The notes: generated by a model not told the origin, from the sequence alone. 64,000 nt of DNA from Actinomycetes bacterium (GCA_014190295.1 BJGF01000001.1:7518-71517), one strand, 5' to 3'. Shown: positions 39,430 through 50,172, counted from the stretch's first letter. Program-made: numbers and translations.

Positions 39430-39543
39430 TCAGCCTTGACGTTGCTTATGACGTGGGTTTTCGCAAATCACCATAACGCGACCGTGCCGACGAATAACTT
39501 TGCACTTCTCGCATATTTTTTTAACACTGGTTCTTACTTTCAC
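39430..39543 (-). CDS. rpmJ: 50S ribosomal protein L36 (zinc-ribbon form)
   Basis: Hand translation from a GTG start gives [37 protein letters not shown] (37 aa). It is not in the ORF track because of its size. Confidence 0.92.
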   Translation of the reverse strand: MKVRTSVKKICEKCKVIRRHGRVMVICENPRHKQRQG

Positions 39544-39554
39544 TGCACGCCTTC

Positions 39555-39779
39555 TTATTTAAATCGGTAAGTAATACGACCCCTTGTGAGGTCATACGGT
39601 GTTAGTTCTACTTGCACTTTGTCGCCAGGAAGGATTCGAATGTAATTCATTCGCATCTTTCCCGAAATGTGAGCCAAGACTGTGTGTCCGTTTTCTAGCT
39701 CAACTCGAAACATTGCGTTGGGTAGGGATTCAGTAATCTTGCCTTCCAGCACGATTGCGTCTTCCTTATTTTTGGGCAA
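39555..39779 (-). CDS. infA: translation initiation factor IF-1
   Basis: Contains [37 protein letters not shown]. The ORF opens at TTG 39794, but the second TTG at 39779 has GGAGA 5 nt upstream and gives a family-typical 74 aa. The start is uncertain by 15 nt. Confidence 0.9.
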   Translation of the reverse strand: MPKNKEDAIVLEGKITESLPNAMFRVELENGHTVLAHISGKMRMNYIRILPGDKVQVELTPYDLTRGRITYRFK

Positions 39780-39934
39780 AGTTTCTCCGAACAATTTCCT
39801 GGTTTGTTACTTTCATCGCCCGACAATCAGATGATCGTTTAGGGCGACTTGTCACGCTATCGCCCTCAGTTGGTGCTCTCAAACCCCTGAGATCTAAGGA
39901 TTTAAGAGGAATTTCAAATAATCAAACCCTGCGC

Positions 39935-40591
39935 TTATCGCCCTGAATCAACCACAGACCTGAGCCGATCAAAGACTTGGTCGGGTGACCCTACCCCATC
40001 TACTACATGTAGCGACCCACGCCCGTGATAGAAGCTAATCAACGGCGCCGTTTGAGCTTCGTAGACATCAAGACGATGATTTATCGCCTGCTGAGTGTCG
40101 TCGGTGCGCTGGACAACGGTTCCACCACACTTTTCACAAGTCCATGGTTTTGGCTCGTTCTCTGGCGCGGTGTAGTTAGTCGAACATGATTCACAAACCC
40201 GACGACCAGATAATCGACCTAAAACAATTTCACGTGCGACATCAAGGTCAATTACAAAGCCGACTGGTCGTGCCTCAGTCAAAGAGTCAAATGCTGCTGC
40301 TTGACCAATCGTGCGCGGAAACCCATCAAGTACATATCCCGCCATTCGCGCGTCTTCTTGCCCGATGCGACCTTGCACAAGCGAAACCATCAAGTCGTCG
40401 TCAACTAATTCGCCACGCTCTAAAACTGCTTTCGCCAAACGACCGACAACAGAATCTTGCTTGACTGCATTGCGCAACATTTCGCCAGTCGAAATATGTG
40501 GGACGCCAAAGTGTTGCGCGAGTCTTGCGCTTTGAGTTCCTTTGCCCGCACCTTGTCGGCCGAACATTATTATTCGCACTCCACCGCTCAT
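39935..40591 (-). CDS. adk: adenylate kinase
   Basis: P-loop GRQGAGKGTQ. Zinc-type LID with CESC...CEKC. An alternative GTG start at 40579 would give MRIIMFG. Confidence 0.93.
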   Translation of the reverse strand: MSGGVRIIMFGRQGAGKGTQSARLAQHFGVPHISTGEMLRNAVKQDSVVGRLAKAVLERGELVDDDLMVSLVQGRIGQEDARMAGYVLDGFPRTIGQAAAFDSLTEARPVGFVIDLDVAREIVLGRLSGRRVCESCSTNYTAPENEPKPWTCEKCGGTVVQRTDDTQQAINHRLDVYEAQTAPLISFYHGRGSLHVVDGVGSPDQVFDRLRSVVDSGR

Positions 40592-40650
40592 AAGTTTTGG
40601 TTCCGATCCTTGGCCAATAAAACGTTATTAAAAGATACGTATTTAATGAA

Positions 40651-41970
40651 TTATTGCTTGAGGAAACCTTCATAATTGCGCTGCATTAACTGGCTGTCGA
40701 TTTGGCGCATAAGTTCGAGGGCCACACCCACGGCGATCAACACGGTTGTTCCGGCAAACGGAAACGAGCGAACATTGCCGACCCACAAAACGATGTAGGG
40801 CAAAATTGCAATCACTGCAACGAAAGTTGCACCCGGCAACGTAATTCGGTTGACTGTCTTGCCCAAAAATGCCTCGGTCTGTTGACCAGGACGAATGCCA
40901 GGAACGAACCCACCCTGTTTACGTAGTTGATCTGCCTGCCTAATCGGATCAAAGGCAATCGAGTTATAAAAGTATGCGAAGGCGATAATCAAAAGCCCGA
41001 ACACTGAGACGTACATCAAGTTCTGACTATTAATAAGGTATTGATCTACAAACCGAGCAATCGATCCGCGCCAACCTTCCGCACTTCCAAGCATGTTCGA
41101 CATCAAAACTGGCAGCAACAACACGGAGCTGGCAAAAATAATCGGCACAACACCTGACTGGTTTACTTTCAACGGAATATAAGTGTTCTGACCGCCGTAC
41201 ATTTTTCGACCGACGACCCGTTTGGCAAATTGCACGGGTATGCGCCGCTGACCGAGTTCGACTCGCACGACTGCAACGATGATGCCAATCGAAAGTGCCA
41301 CCAAAATAATGAACACCAGAGTTTTTCGTGTCTGCAACAACGAATAATAGTTGTATGGCAATCCGCTGACGACTGAAGCGAAAATAACCATCGACATACC
41401 GTTGCCGATGCCGCGCTGGCTGATTAATTCACCAAGCCACATCAATAATGCTGTACCTGCGACGAGTGAAGGAATCACGAGCAAAGCGCGCGGCATAAAC
41501 GGATCAAGCAGCACCACATCTGGCGCCTTATTACTGGCACTAAAAAAAGCCGAACCGCGACCCTGACCGAAAATAAACGTCAATCCTGCGCCTTGCAATG
41601 TGGCAATACCGATCGCCACATAACGAGTCCATTGTGTAATTTTGCGCTGACCCGTTGCGCCCTCTTGCTGCCACTCTTCAAGTTTTGGAATTACAACAGT
41701 GAGCACTTGCATGATGATGCTCGAAGTGATGTAAGGCATGATGCCCAATGCAAAGATAGAAAAACTTCCGAATGCACCACCAGAAAATAAGTTAAGGAAG
41801 CCAAGTGCACCTTGTGATTTAGACGCTTCACGAAGTTGACTAACTGCCTGAGCATCCACACCAGGTACGCGCAATGAACTGCCGAGACGATAGATCGCCA
41901 GCATTGCCAAAGTGAACAGAATTTTGTTGCGAAGTTCCGCAACTTTGAAAATATTGCTGATTTTTGACAA
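40651..41970 (-). CDS. secY: preprotein translocase subunit SecY
   Basis: 439 aa with 10 TM helices. Motifs LGIMPYITSSIIMQ and GIRPGQQT. Confidence 0.96.
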   Translation of the reverse strand: MSKISNIFKVAELRNKILFTLAMLAIYRLGSSLRVPGVDAQAVSQLREASKSQGALGFLNLFSGGAFGSFSIFALGIMPYITSSIIMQVLTVVIPKLEEWQQEGATGQRKITQWTRYVAIGIATLQGAGLTFIFGQGRGSAFFSASNKAPDVVLLDPFMPRALLVIPSLVAGTALLMWLGELISQRGIGNGMSMVIFASVVSGLPYNYYSLLQTRKTLVFIILVALSIGIIVAVVRVELGQRRIPVQFAKRVVGRKMYGGQNTYIPLKVNQSGVVPIIFASSVLLLPVLMSNMLGSAEGWRGSIARFVDQYLINSQNLMYVSVFGLLIIAFAYFYNSIAFDPIRQADQLRKQGGFVPGIRPGQQTEAFLGKTVNRITLPGATFVAVIAILPYIVLWVGNVRSFPFAGTTVLIAVGVALELMRQIDSQLMQRNYEGFLKQ

Positions 41971-42016
41971 AACGTTGCCTCGCTATTTGTTGTAAGGGCT
42001 GTGCCAACGAACTGTA

Positions 42017-42505
42017 CTAGCGGTTCGTGAACTGACTGCCCTTGGCCGGTGGTCGAACGCCTCTGAATGTCGGAGGCAAGATAACTACTGATCCGCCAGC
42101 GGCAACAATTGCTTCTTGTGCCGACTTAGAAACGGCATGAGCCGAAACTTTCACCGCACGTGTAATTTTGCCGCGACCGAGAACTTTGATCATTTGTCCT
42201 TTGTGTGCAACACCACCAGACACAAGTGACGCTGGATCAACTTCTGAAACACCAAGTGAATCAACTGCATCAAGATTGACTGCGTAATATTCGACGCGAA
42301 ACGGGTTATTGAAACCCTTCAACTTTGGTACGCGTTGCTTGAGTGGCATCTGTCCACCTTCGAAACCTCGGGCAACTGTGTTACGTGCGTATTGACCTTT
42401 TGTGCCGCGACCTGCTGTTTTGCCACCTTTGCCACCAGTACCACGTCCGACGCGCTTTGGCTTCTTTCGTGCTCCGTGGCGTGGTCCAATTTCGTCAACG
42501 CGCAT
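42017..42505 (-). CDS. rplO: 50S ribosomal protein L15
   Basis: 162 aa with a Gly/Arg/Lys-rich N-terminus (RVGRGTGGKGGKTAGRGTKGQ). Confidence 0.95.
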   Translation of the reverse strand: MRVDEIGPRHGARKKPKRVGRGTGGKGGKTAGRGTKGQYARNTVARGFEGGQMPLKQRVPKLKGFNNPFRVEYYAVNLDAVDSLGVSEVDPASLVSGGVAHKGQMIKVLGRGKITRAVKVSAHAVSKSAQEAIVAAGGSVVILPPTFRGVRPPAKGSQFTNR

Positions 42506-42507
42506 GA

Positions 42508-42804
42508 TTATGCTCCTTTTCGATTTACTTCAATGAGGTGAGGAACGCGTGCAATCATGCCGCGAATCTCTGGACGATCTGGCAACGTGTTGACGTCACC
42601 AATTTTTCGAAGACCAAGAGCACGCATTGTTGCTTTTGTTTTTGGCATGATGCCAATTTGTGAACGCACTTGTTTCACAGAGACCGTTGGGCCACTGTGT
42701 GCCTTGCGCGTTGCCTTAACCGCGACTGCTTTTGGTGCGGCAGCTTTTTTGACAGCTGCTTTTTTAGTTGCTTTTGGTGCGGCTACTTTTTTTGCTACTG
42801 CCAT
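42508..42804 (-). CDS. rpmD: 50S ribosomal protein L30 with a Lys/Ala-rich N-terminal extension
   Basis: The C-terminal 60 aa is a typical L30 (VKQVRSQIG...TMRALGLRKIG...EIRGMI). The ATG lies 2 nt after the rpsE stop, with GGAG upstream, which supports the long form. Confidence 0.88.
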   Translation of the reverse strand: MAVAKKVAAPKATKKAAVKKAAAPKAVAVKATRKAHSGPTVSVKQVRSQIGIMPKTKATMRALGLRKIGDVNTLPDRPEIRGMIARVPHLIEVNRKGA

Positions 42805-42806
42805 GA

Positions 42807-43463
42807 TTATTTCGCTCCGAGACTTGAGATTGTTTTCTTGCGTTCTGTGTAAGCGCGCAACATTCCTTTTGGAACAAAATCTTCGGCTGGCAAACCACGA
42901 CGCTTGGCAACTTCGTCAGGGCGTTGTAAACCCTTGAGTCCGTTGATTGTCGCACGAGCAACGTTGATTGCATTTGAAGAACCAAGTACTTTTGCAAGCA
43001 CGTCTTTGATTCCGGCTTCTTCAAGAATGATTCGGGCAGCACCGCCAGCGATAACACCAGTACCTGGTGCTGCTGGCTTGAGCATTACGCGACCTGCACC
43101 GTTGATGCCAATCGTTGCGTGGGTAATTGTTGTTCCGGCAAGAGCAACATGGAAAAGATTTCGCTTGGCTTCTTCTGTTCCTTTTTGGATCGCCAATGGA
43201 ACTTCTTTTGCTTTGCCATAACCAAGACCAACACGACCATTACGATCGCCGATTACAACAAGTGCGGTAAACGAGAATCGACGACCACCCTTTACGACTT
43301 TGGCGACTCGATTGATATGCACAACACGTGATTCACCAATTTCGCCGACCTTTGCAGGTGGACGTGGCTCGCGCTTCTCGCGTGGCTCACGACGATCGCG
43401 ACGTTCGCGACGATCAGGAACTTCTGCGCCTGGCACTGCTGGAACTGGGGTGACGTTGCTCAT
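42807..43463 (-). CDS. rpsE: 30S ribosomal protein S5
   Basis: Contains [16 protein letters not shown] and [15 protein letters not shown]. It has an Arg/Glu/Pro-rich N-terminal extension. Confidence 0.95.
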   Translation of the reverse strand: MSNVTPVPAVPGAEVPDRRERRDRREPREKREPRPPAKVGEIGESRVVHINRVAKVVKGGRRFSFTALVVIGDRNGRVGLGYGKAKEVPLAIQKGTEEAKRNLFHVALAGTTITHATIGINGAGRVMLKPAAPGTGVIAGGAARIILEEAGIKDVLAKVLGSSNAINVARATINGLKGLQRPDEVAKRRGLPAEDFVPKGMLRAYTERKKTISSLGAK

Positions 43464-43832
43464 TTAGAACTCCAAGCCTTCTTCTCGAGCAGCCTGGGCT
43501 GCTGCTGCGATACGACCGTGATACAAAAATCCACCGCGGTCATAGACAACTTTTTTAATTCCGATTTGTTTTGCACGTTGTGCAACTGCCTTGCCGACTC
43601 GCGCTGCGGCCTCAACTGTCGAACCCGAACCTGCTTTTCGCAAATCAGCCTCAACCGAAGATGCGGCGGCAATTGTGCGACCTGCATCATCGTCAATCAA
43701 TTGTGCCGACAAATGCTTGTTGCTACGAAACACTGCCAAGCGTGGACGATCGGCGGTGCCATGAATCTTTTTGCGCACGCGGCGTTGACGGCGCAATCGG
43801 CCCGAGTGTCGTTTTTCTGCTGCACTAGTCAT
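43464..43832 (-). CDS. rplR: 50S ribosomal protein L18
   Basis: Start at the internal ATG at 43832 ([23 protein letters not shown]). The longer ORF overlaps rplF. Confidence 0.94.
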   Translation of the reverse strand: MTSAAEKRHSGRLRRQRRVRKKIHGTADRPRLAVFRSNKHLSAQLIDDDAGRTIAAASSVEADLRKAGSGSTVEAAARVGKAVAQRAKQIGIKKVVYDRGGFLYHGRIAAAAQAAREEGLEF

Positions 43833-43860
43833 GAAAGTTGAGTCTCCAGTTTTCTTCTTG

Positions 43861-44403
43861 TTACTTCTTGCCGGTCTTGCCGGCTTTACGACGTACACGC
43901 TCATTTAAATAACGCACACCTTTGCCCTTGTAAGGCTCTGGCTTGCGCATGCTGCGAATGTTCGCAGCAACTTGACCAACAACTTCTTTGTCGCTGCCCT
44001 TAACCACAATTTTTGTCTGTGCTGTCACTTCGAATGTCACGCCGTCTGGTGCGGTATAAACGATCGGATGCGAAAAGCCAAGAGCAAGTTTCAATTTGTT
44101 CGCGCCTTGTGCTTCTGCGCGGTAACCAACGCCCTGAATATCAAGTTCTTTGGTGTAACCCTCGGTAACTCCGATGATCATGTTCGATAACAAAGTGCGA
44201 GAAAGCCCATGACGCGCCCTGGCGTCGCGCTCGTCGTTCGCACGTTCAACAACAAGATTATTTTCTTCACGGCGTGCCGAAACACCAACCGGAAGTTCAC
44301 GCTTAAGGGTGCCTTTTGGTCCCTTAATTGTTACTGCAGCGCCCGAGATCGAAACTTCGACCCCTGTTGGCACTACGAGTGCAGATTTACCTATGCGTGA
44401 CAT
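43861..44403 (-). CDS. rplF: 50S ribosomal protein L6
   Basis: [17 protein letters not shown] start and a two-domain L6 pattern. Confidence 0.95.
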   Translation of the reverse strand: MSRIGKSALVVPTGVEVSISGAAVTIKGPKGTLKRELPVGVSARREENNLVVERANDERDARARHGLSRTLLSNMIIGVTEGYTKELDIQGVGYRAEAQGANKLKLALGFSHPIVYTAPDGVTFEVTAQTKIVVKGSDKEVVGQVAANIRSMRKPEPYKGKGVRYLNERVRRKAGKTGKK

Positions 44404-44429
44404 TTAATTTGCTCCGTTCGACTCTTGAA

Positions 44430-44831
44430 TTACCACACGAAACACATGACTTCGCCACCAACGTTGCGCTTGCGCGCTTCGCGGTCGGTCATGAGTCCGT
44501 GACTTGTGGACAGAACTGCTACTCCGAGACCTCCGAGTACGCGCGGCACATCTGTTGCTCCGCGGTAAACGCGAAGACCAGGTGTTGAAACACGCTTGAT
44601 TCCGGAAATTGTTCGTTGACGATCTTCGCCGTACTTCATGCTTATCTTGAGAACTTTGCCAGGACCTTCATTGTCTTGGACAATTGAATAATCAGCGATG
44701 AAACCTTCTCGCTTAAGAACTTCGGCGAGTGCAGATTTTTGTTTGGATGCAGGCATCAACACTTCGTCTCGCATCGCAACGTTGCCGTTGCGAATGCGTG
44801 TGAGCATGTCAGCGATTGGGTCAGTCATCAT
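44430..44831 (-). CDS. rpsH: 30S ribosomal protein S8
   Basis: [13 protein letters not shown] start and C-terminus GGEVMCFVW. Confidence 0.95.
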   Translation of the reverse strand: MMTDPIADMLTRIRNGNVAMRDEVLMPASKQKSALAEVLKREGFIADYSIVQDNEGPGKVLKISMKYGEDRQRTISGIKRVSTPGLRVYRGATDVPRVLGGLGVAVLSTSHGLMTDREARKRNVGGEVMCFVW

Positions 44832-44837
44832 GACGGT

Positions 44838-45023
44838 CTACCAACTTGCCTTTGTGATGCCAGGGATCTCACCAGCGTGCGCGAGCTCGCGGAAGCACAA
44901 TCGGCATAGTCCAAATTTTTGATAGACCGCACGAACGCGACCACATCGTTGGCAACGCGTATAGCCGCGCACCTTGAACTTAGGCTTTCTTGCTGCTTTG
45001 ATCATGAGTGATTTTTTTGCCAT
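44838..45023 (-). CDS. rpsN: 30S ribosomal protein S14 type Z (zinc-binding)
   Basis: 61 aa with CQRCGR...CRLCFRE. Confidence 0.95.
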   Translation of the reverse strand: MAKKSLMIKAARKPKFKVRGYTRCQRCGRVRAVYQKFGLCRLCFRELAHAGEIPGITKASW

Positions 45024-45052
45024 AGTAAGTGGGTCTCCGATAGTTCCTGTGA

Positions 45053-45670
45053 CTACTTCTTGTTAGATTTCTTGGATTTTTTGGCTTTGGTTACTGAAGT
45101 TGGTTCTTCACCTTTACGAAATGGAAAACCAAAAGCGTCGAGCAATGCTTTTCCTGAAAGATCGTCTTTGGCGGTTGTAACGATTGTGATGTCCATGCCA
45201 CGTGGCACGTCAACTTGATCGACTCGAACTTCCATGAACATGAGTTGCTCTGTAAGACCAAACGTGTAATTGCCGTTTCCGTCCCATGAACGGCCAGACA
45301 AACCACGGAAGTCACGAATTCGAGGAATCGCAACCGACAACAAACGATCTAAGAACTCCCACATGCGGTCTCCGCGCATTGTGACTTTGCAACCGATCGG
45401 CTGATCTTCGCGAAGTTTGAACGACGCAATTGCGATACGAGATTTTGTGATCAATGGCTTTTGCCCCGAGATCGCGGTCAGGTCTGCAACTGCTCCGTCA
45501 AGAAGCGACGCTTGCTGAGTTGCGCGCCCTACGCCCATATTGATGACGATTTTTTCGATCGTCGGAACCTGCATCGGGTTCGTCAAAGCCAACTGCTTCA
45601 TCAACTCTTCGCGAACCGTATTTAGGTAGTGCACTTTCATGCGCGGTGTAGAAACTGTCTTGGTCGTCAT
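45053..45670 (-). CDS. rplE: 50S ribosomal protein L5
   Basis: 205 aa with an L5 core (VVINMGVG...FRGL) and a Lys-rich C-terminal tail [11 protein letters not shown]. Confidence 0.95.
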   Translation of the reverse strand: MTTKTVSTPRMKVHYLNTVREELMKQLALTNPMQVPTIEKIVINMGVGRATQQASLLDGAVADLTAISGQKPLITKSRIAIASFKLREDQPIGCKVTMRGDRMWEFLDRLLSVAIPRIRDFRGLSGRSWDGNGNYTFGLTEQLMFMEVRVDQVDVPRGMDITIVTTAKDDLSGKALLDAFGFPFRKGEEPTSVTKAKKSKKSNKK

Positions 45671-45972
45671 TAGATCTCTGCTCCGGTGCTCTTGGCAAAA
45701 CGAACTTTTTTGCCTTTTTTATCGACTTTGAAACCAATCTTCGATGGCTTTCCGCCTTGATCGATCATCACATTGGATGCGTGAATCGGCATTGGCTTCT
45801 CGATGATCTCGCTCTTGGTGTTTTGACCGCGCGCAACCGTATGACGCTTCGCAACATTGACTTTGTCGATAACGACTTTGCCCTTGCTCGGAAGCACGGC
45901 AGAGATGGTGCCCTTAGCACCTTTGTCTTTGCCTGCAATCACGATTACGTTGTCGCCTTTTTTGAACTTCAT
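45670..45972 (-). CDS. rplX: 50S ribosomal protein L24
   Basis: [21 protein letters not shown] motif. Confidence 0.95.
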   Translation of the reverse strand: MKFKKGDNVIVIAGKDKGAKGTISAVLPSKGKVVIDKVNVAKRHTVARGQNTKSEIIEKPMPIHASNVMIDQGGKPSKIGFKVDKKGKKVRFAKSTGAEI

Positions 45973-45973
45973 G

Positions 45974-46342
45974 TCACAACACCTCCGGGGCGAGCGAAAT
46001 TATTCGCATGAACTTTTTATCGCGCAACTCTCGGCCAACCGGGCCGAAGATTCGTGTTCCGCGTGGAGTGAGATCATCTTTGATCAACACGGCAGCATTT
46101 TCGTCGAACTTGATGTAGCTGCCATCTGGACGGCGCTTCTCTTTTGCAACACGCACGACTACGCAACGCACAACTTCGCCCTTTTTAACTGCGGCGCCAG
46201 CAATCGCATCTTTGACTGTTCCGATAAAGACGTCGCCGATCGATGCATAACGACGGCGTGTACCACCGAGCACCTTGATCACGAGAACTTCACGGGCGCC
46301 ACTGTTGTCAGCGACGCGAAGACGGGTTTCTTGTTGAATCAC
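45974..46342 (-). CDS. rplN: 50S ribosomal protein L14
   Basis: [19 protein letters not shown] start, 122 aa. Confidence 0.97.
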   Translation of the reverse strand: MIQQETRLRVADNSGAREVLVIKVLGGTRRRYASIGDVFIGTVKDAIAGAAVKKGEVVRCVVVRVAKEKRRPDGSYIKFDENAAVLIKDDLTPRGTRIFGPVGRELRDKKFMRIISLAPEVL

Positions 46343-46635
46343 TTTGCACGCTCCAAGATTTCAATGACGCGCCAACGCTTCAACTTCGACAACGGACGGG
46401 TCTCCATGACACGAACTCGGTCGCCAATTTGTGCACTATTTGTCTCGTCATGGGCATAGAGCTTTTTTGTGCGAGTGATGAACTTCTCGTACTTTTGGTG
46501 ACGGATGCGCTCAACGATTGCAATAACAATCGTCTTGTTCATTTTGTTCGACACGACAACGCCCTCTCGCGATTTGCGAAGGTTGCGCTCTGGTGTTGCT
46601 TCTGGGTTGGTTGTATCGCTCATGATCTTGCTCAC
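46339..46635 (-). CDS. rpsQ: 30S ribosomal protein S17
   Basis: Contains [27 protein letters not shown]. Confidence 0.95.
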   Translation of the reverse strand: MSKIMSDTTNPEATPERNLRKSREGVVVSNKMNKTIVIAIVERIRHQKYEKFITRTKKLYAHDETNSAQIGDRVRVMETRPLSKLKRWRVIEILERAK

Positions 46636-46850
46636 TTCCCTGCGGCTTCTGCAGCAACAATTTCGCGCTCACGAATCAACATGCTGATTCGAGCGATTTG
46701 ACGACGCGCTTTCGTGATTGCCGCTGTGTCATCTAATTGACCAGTTGCATTACGAAAACGCAAATTGAGTGCTTCTTGTTTTGTCGCGCGCAACTCTTCA
46801 ACAAGTGTTGCGAGATCCATTTCACGAAGTTCAGTTAGTTCACGTGTCAT
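46632..46850 (-). CDS. rpmC: 50S ribosomal protein L29
   Basis: Start at the internal ATG at 46850 ([12 protein letters not shown]...[10 protein letters not shown]), overlapping the rplP stop. The upstream part of the ORF overlaps rplP. Confidence 0.93.
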   Translation of the reverse strand: MTRELTELREMDLATLVEELRATKQEALNLRFRNATGQLDDTAAITKARRQIARISMLIREREIVAAEAAGK

Positions 46851-46851
46851 A

Positions 46852-47268
46852 TCAGATCGCCTCGTTTCGAGAAATGATGCGGGTTTTGATCGGCAACTTT
46901 TGCGCCGCACGGTTAAGAGCCTGGTGTGCAGTTGCTGCAGTCGGGTACGACAATTCGAACAACACACGTCCTGGCTTGACTACTGCTACCCACAACTCTG
47001 GGTTGCCTTTGCCAGAACCCATGCGAGTTTCGGCGGGCTTTTTCGTAACAGACTTGTCAGGAAATACGTTGATCCAAACTTTTCCGCCACGCTTGATATG
47101 ACGAGTCATAGCAATACGTGATGCTTCAATTTGGCGTGCGGTAATCCAACCCGGTTCAAGGGCTTGAATGCCGTACTCGCCGAAAGCAAGTTCGTTGGCG
47201 CCCTTCGAGACACCCGTCATGCGACCGCGATGTTGTTTGCGGTGTTTAACTTTGCGTGGTTCTAACAT
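46852..47268 (-). CDS. rplP: 50S ribosomal protein L16
   Basis: [17 protein letters not shown] start, 138 aa. Confidence 0.97.
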   Translation of the reverse strand: MLEPRKVKHRKQHRGRMTGVSKGANELAFGEYGIQALEPGWITARQIEASRIAMTRHIKRGGKVWINVFPDKSVTKKPAETRMGSGKGNPELWVAVVKPGRVLFELSYPTAATAHQALNRAAQKLPIKTRIISRNEAI

Positions 47269-47274
47269 AACGAA

Positions 47275-48156
47275 TTATGCCTCTCGCTTGAAATGAGGTG
47301 TTTCGTGGCTGTCGTGACTTCGACGTTGAATATCTTCTTCTTCGTCCAACAAGCGCTCGAACTCTGGATCGGCTTCTTTGACCAACGGAACCAATGCGAC
47401 ATCTTCGATGTCGGTAGCTTTTGGTCCGGCTGAAGTGACAACTTTTCGTGTTGCATCAGAGTGACCCGATGTTTCACCGGCAGCCATTGCGGCTTCACGG
47501 GTAATGCGATCATCGGTCTGAGATTTGTACGGAAGAATCTCACCTTTGTACAACCAAACCTTGATACCGATGCGACCCGAAGTAGTGGCGGCTTCACGGA
47601 ATCCGTAATCGATATTTGCACGAAGTGTGTGTAGAGGAACTCGACCCTCGCGATACCACTCGCGACGGCACATTTCTGCTCCACCGAGACGACCCGAACA
47701 CTGAACACGAATACCTTGCACGCCTTGCTTCTGTGCGTTCTGCACTGCGCGCTTCATTGCGCGACGGAAAGCAATTCGGTTTACAAGTTGATCTGCAACA
47801 CCTTGAGCAACAAGTGCTGCGTCAAGTTCTGCATCACGAATTTCTGTGATGTTCAATTGCACTTTGTTGTTGCCAGTGAGTTTTGTTAATCCTGCGCGAA
47901 GCTCTTCAGCCTTTTGACCTTTGCGACCGATGACGATTCCTGGACGCGCAGTGTGCACATCGATTCGAAGTTTGTCACGTGTGCGCTCGATTTCGATGCG
48001 GCTAACAGCAGCATCAGAAAGTTGCACCTTGAGATAGTCGCGAATCTTCCAGTCTTCGGTGAGGTACGCCTTGTAGTCCTTTGTGCTGAACCACTTGCTC
48101 TTCCAGTCGGTGGTTACACCGAGGCGAAAGCCGTAAGGATTAATCTTTTGGCCCAT
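47275..48156 (-). CDS. rpsC: 30S ribosomal protein S3
   Basis: Start at the internal ATG at 48156 ([13 protein letters not shown]), 1 nt after the rplV stop. KH domain and an acidic C-terminal extension. Confidence 0.95.
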   Translation of the reverse strand: MGQKINPYGFRLGVTTDWKSKWFSTKDYKAYLTEDWKIRDYLKVQLSDAAVSRIEIERTRDKLRIDVHTARPGIVIGRKGQKAEELRAGLTKLTGNNKVQLNITEIRDAELDAALVAQGVADQLVNRIAFRRAMKRAVQNAQKQGVQGIRVQCSGRLGGAEMCRREWYREGRVPLHTLRANIDYGFREAATTSGRIGIKVWLYKGEILPYKSQTDDRITREAAMAAGETSGHSDATRKVVTSAGPKATDIEDVALVPLVKEADPEFERLLDEEEDIQRRSHDSHETPHFKREA

Positions 48157-48157
48157 G

Positions 48158-48712
48158 TTATTTCCCAGTCGCTGTTTCGGCATCAACTGAAGCGTCTGCG
48201 TCTGCGTCTGCTGTTGCTGCTTTTGATTTTTGTGAACGTGCACGACTTGCTTCGACGCGATCGCGACGACGAGCAGACTCTGCCCCACCGCGTGATTCGC
48301 TTTGTGTTTCGCGCAATGCAAGTGCTGCGTCACTGAGTTTGTCAACAACGATCGTGATGTGACTGGTGCGTTTGAAAATCGCAGCAGAGCTTCCTTTGGC
48401 GCGTGGACGAAAACGCTTGAGCGTTGGACCAGCATCGGCGAAACATGCCTTGATGTAAAGCTCTTCGGCATTTTGTTCAAAATTATTTGTTGCGTTAGCG
48501 ATCGCCGAAGCCAACAATTTGCGAACAATGTGCGCTGAATCACGGTCAGTGAGGCGCAACAAGTCATCAGCCGACTTGACGTCCATCCCGCGAACGAGAT
48601 TTAACACAACGCGCACCTTTGACGGCGACAAGCGAGCAAAACGCGTCGAAGCGCGAAATCCACTTGACTGTCCGGCCACTCGTGTGGCTTCGTTTAATTT
48701 TGGACCGGTCAC
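48158..48712 (-). CDS. rplV: 50S ribosomal protein L22
   Basis: L22 core ([17 protein letters not shown]...HITIVV) plus a roughly 55-aa low-complexity C-terminal tail. Confidence 0.94.
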   Translation of the reverse strand: MTGPKLNEATRVAGQSSGFRASTRFARLSPSKVRVVLNLVRGMDVKSADDLLRLTDRDSAHIVRKLLASAIANATNNFEQNAEELYIKACFADAGPTLKRFRPRAKGSSAAIFKRTSHITIVVDKLSDAALALRETQSESRGGAESARRRDRVEASRARSQKSKAATADADADASVDAETATGK

Positions 48713-49020
48713 GGGTTGCCTGACGGACCAGCTGCGGCTGCTGCTGCGGCTGCTGCTTTTTCTTGGCTTTGGTGAAACTTAAATGTTCGCGTTGGTGAGA
48801 ACTCGCCGAGTTTGTGTCCAACCATTGATTCGCTGATATACACCGGTACATGCTTGCGGCCGTCATGCACTGCAAATGTGTGGCCAAGCATGTCGGGGAT
48901 AATTGTGCTGCGACGTGACCAAGTTTTGATCACCTTACGGTCGCCACTTGCGTTCATTGCATCTAATTTCTTGAGAAGATGCTCGTCAACGAATGGACCT
49001 TTTTTAAGACTGCGTGACAT
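48709..49020 (-). CDS. rpsS: 30S ribosomal protein S19
   Basis: [18 protein letters not shown] start and [13 protein letters not shown]. The C-terminal tail contains nine consecutive Ala. Confidence 0.95.
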   Translation of the reverse strand: MSRSLKKGPFVDEHLLKKLDAMNASGDRKVIKTWSRRSTIIPDMLGHTFAVHDGRKHVPVYISESMVGHKLGEFSPTRTFKFHQSQEKAAAAAAAAAGPSGNP

Positions 49021-49023
49021 TAT

Positions 49024-49860
49024 TTAACCTCGTGCCTTTCCGGATCGACGACGACGAACAATCATTTGTTGCGACGACTTATTCTTGTTGCGAGTACGAC
49101 GCTCTGGTTTACCCCACGGAGAAACTGGTGGACGTCCACCAGAAGTCTTTCCTTCGCCACCACCCAGTGGGTGGTCAACTGGGTTCATTACAACACCGCG
49201 TGATTGTGGGCGAACGCCCTTCCAACGGTTACGACCGGCTTTACCGATTTTGATTTGTTCGTGCTCTGAGTTTCCGATTTCGCCAACTGTTGCACGACAA
49301 TCGATTGGAACACGACGCATTTCGCTTGATGGCATACGCAATGTTGCGTACAAACCTTCTTTAGCCACAAGTTGAACTGCCATCCCTGCAGAGCGAGCAA
49401 TTTTGCCACCTTGACCAGGACGCATTTCAATGTTGTGAACTGTTGTGCCTACTGGCATGTAACGAAGTGGCAACGCGTTACCAACAACAATGTCGGCTTT
49501 CGGGCCACTCTCAACACGCGCACCAACTTCAAGACCTTTTGGCGCAAGAATGTACGCCTTTGTTCCGTCGTTGTAGTGCAACAATGCAATACGACAAGTG
49601 CGGTTCGGGTCATATTCGATAGCAGCAACTTTCGCACCGCATTCATCTTTGCCGCGCTTGAAGTCGACCATGCGATATTGCTGCTTGTGTCCGCCACCTT
49701 GGTGACGAGATGTAATTCGACCAGCAGAGTTGCGACCACCGCGTGATGGCTTTGGCGTTAACAACGACTTTTCTGGTGTTGTCTTGGTGACTTCGCTGAA
49801 GTCAGAGACTGTCTGAAATCGACGGCCTGGGCTCGTCGGGCGGCGTTTGCGAATTGGCAT
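49024..49860 (-). CDS. rplB: 50S ribosomal protein L2
   Basis: 278 aa with [18 protein letters not shown] and [13 protein letters not shown]. Confidence 0.97.
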   Translation of the reverse strand: MPIRKRRPTSPGRRFQTVSDFSEVTKTTPEKSLLTPKPSRGGRNSAGRITSRHQGGGHKQQYRMVDFKRGKDECGAKVAAIEYDPNRTCRIALLHYNDGTKAYILAPKGLEVGARVESGPKADIVVGNALPLRYMPVGTTVHNIEMRPGQGGKIARSAGMAVQLVAKEGLYATLRMPSSEMRRVPIDCRATVGEIGNSEHEQIKIGKAGRNRWKGVRPQSRGVVMNPVDHPLGGGEGKTSGGRPPVSPWGKPERRTRNKNKSSQQMIVRRRRSGKARG

Positions 49861-49881
49861 CTTGAGTCGGTCCTTACTTGA

Positions 49882-50172
49882 TCAGTTCTCGAACAACGGG
49901 ATTTGGTTTCCCGCTTCCAAAGTGACAATTGCACGCTTTGATCCATCACGAACACCAATGCGGTTAGTGCCGCGAGTGATGCGACGCTTACCCGGACGAT
50001 TGATTGTGTTTACACGAACAACTTTGACACCCCAAATTGATTGCACAGCATCGCGAATCTCTGGCTTTGTTGCGTCTTGGTGCACTTCAAATGTGTACGT
50101 GCCTTTGTCGATCAACGAATAACTTTTCTCGCTGACAACCGGTCGAAGAATAATGTCGCGTGGGTCTTTCAC
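49882..50172 (-). CDS. rplW: 50S ribosomal protein L23
   Basis: 96 aa with a typical L23 core. Sits between rplD and rplB. Confidence 0.94.
   Translation of the reverse strand: MKDPRDIILRPVVSEKSYSLIDKGTYTFEVHQDATKPEIRDAVQSIWGVKVVRVNTINRPGKRRITRGTNRIGVRDGSKRAIVTLEAGNQIPLFEN

Noticed and set aside
45857-46459. A 200-aa plus-strand ORF across rplX/rplN.
   Set aside because: It is entirely antisense to two unmistakable ribosomal protein genes, has a low-complexity Ala/Ser/Thr-rich translation, and has no start context. It is a shadow ORF.
47262-47708. A 148-aa same-strand, alternative-frame ORF within rpsC.
   Set aside because: The S3 frame is clearly the coding one. The alternative frame has no motif or start signal.
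48157-48567. The long 5' extension of the rpsC ORF (430 aa in the track). Similar upstream extensions exist for rplC (to 51631), rpmC (to 46967), rplR (to 43904), guaA (to 15572), sucD (to 6868), rplM (to 35660) and glmM (to 34700).
   Set aside because: The extensions overlap the preceding gene in another frame and translate to non-protein-like sequence. Internal ATGs give canonical family N-termini and tight gene junctions.
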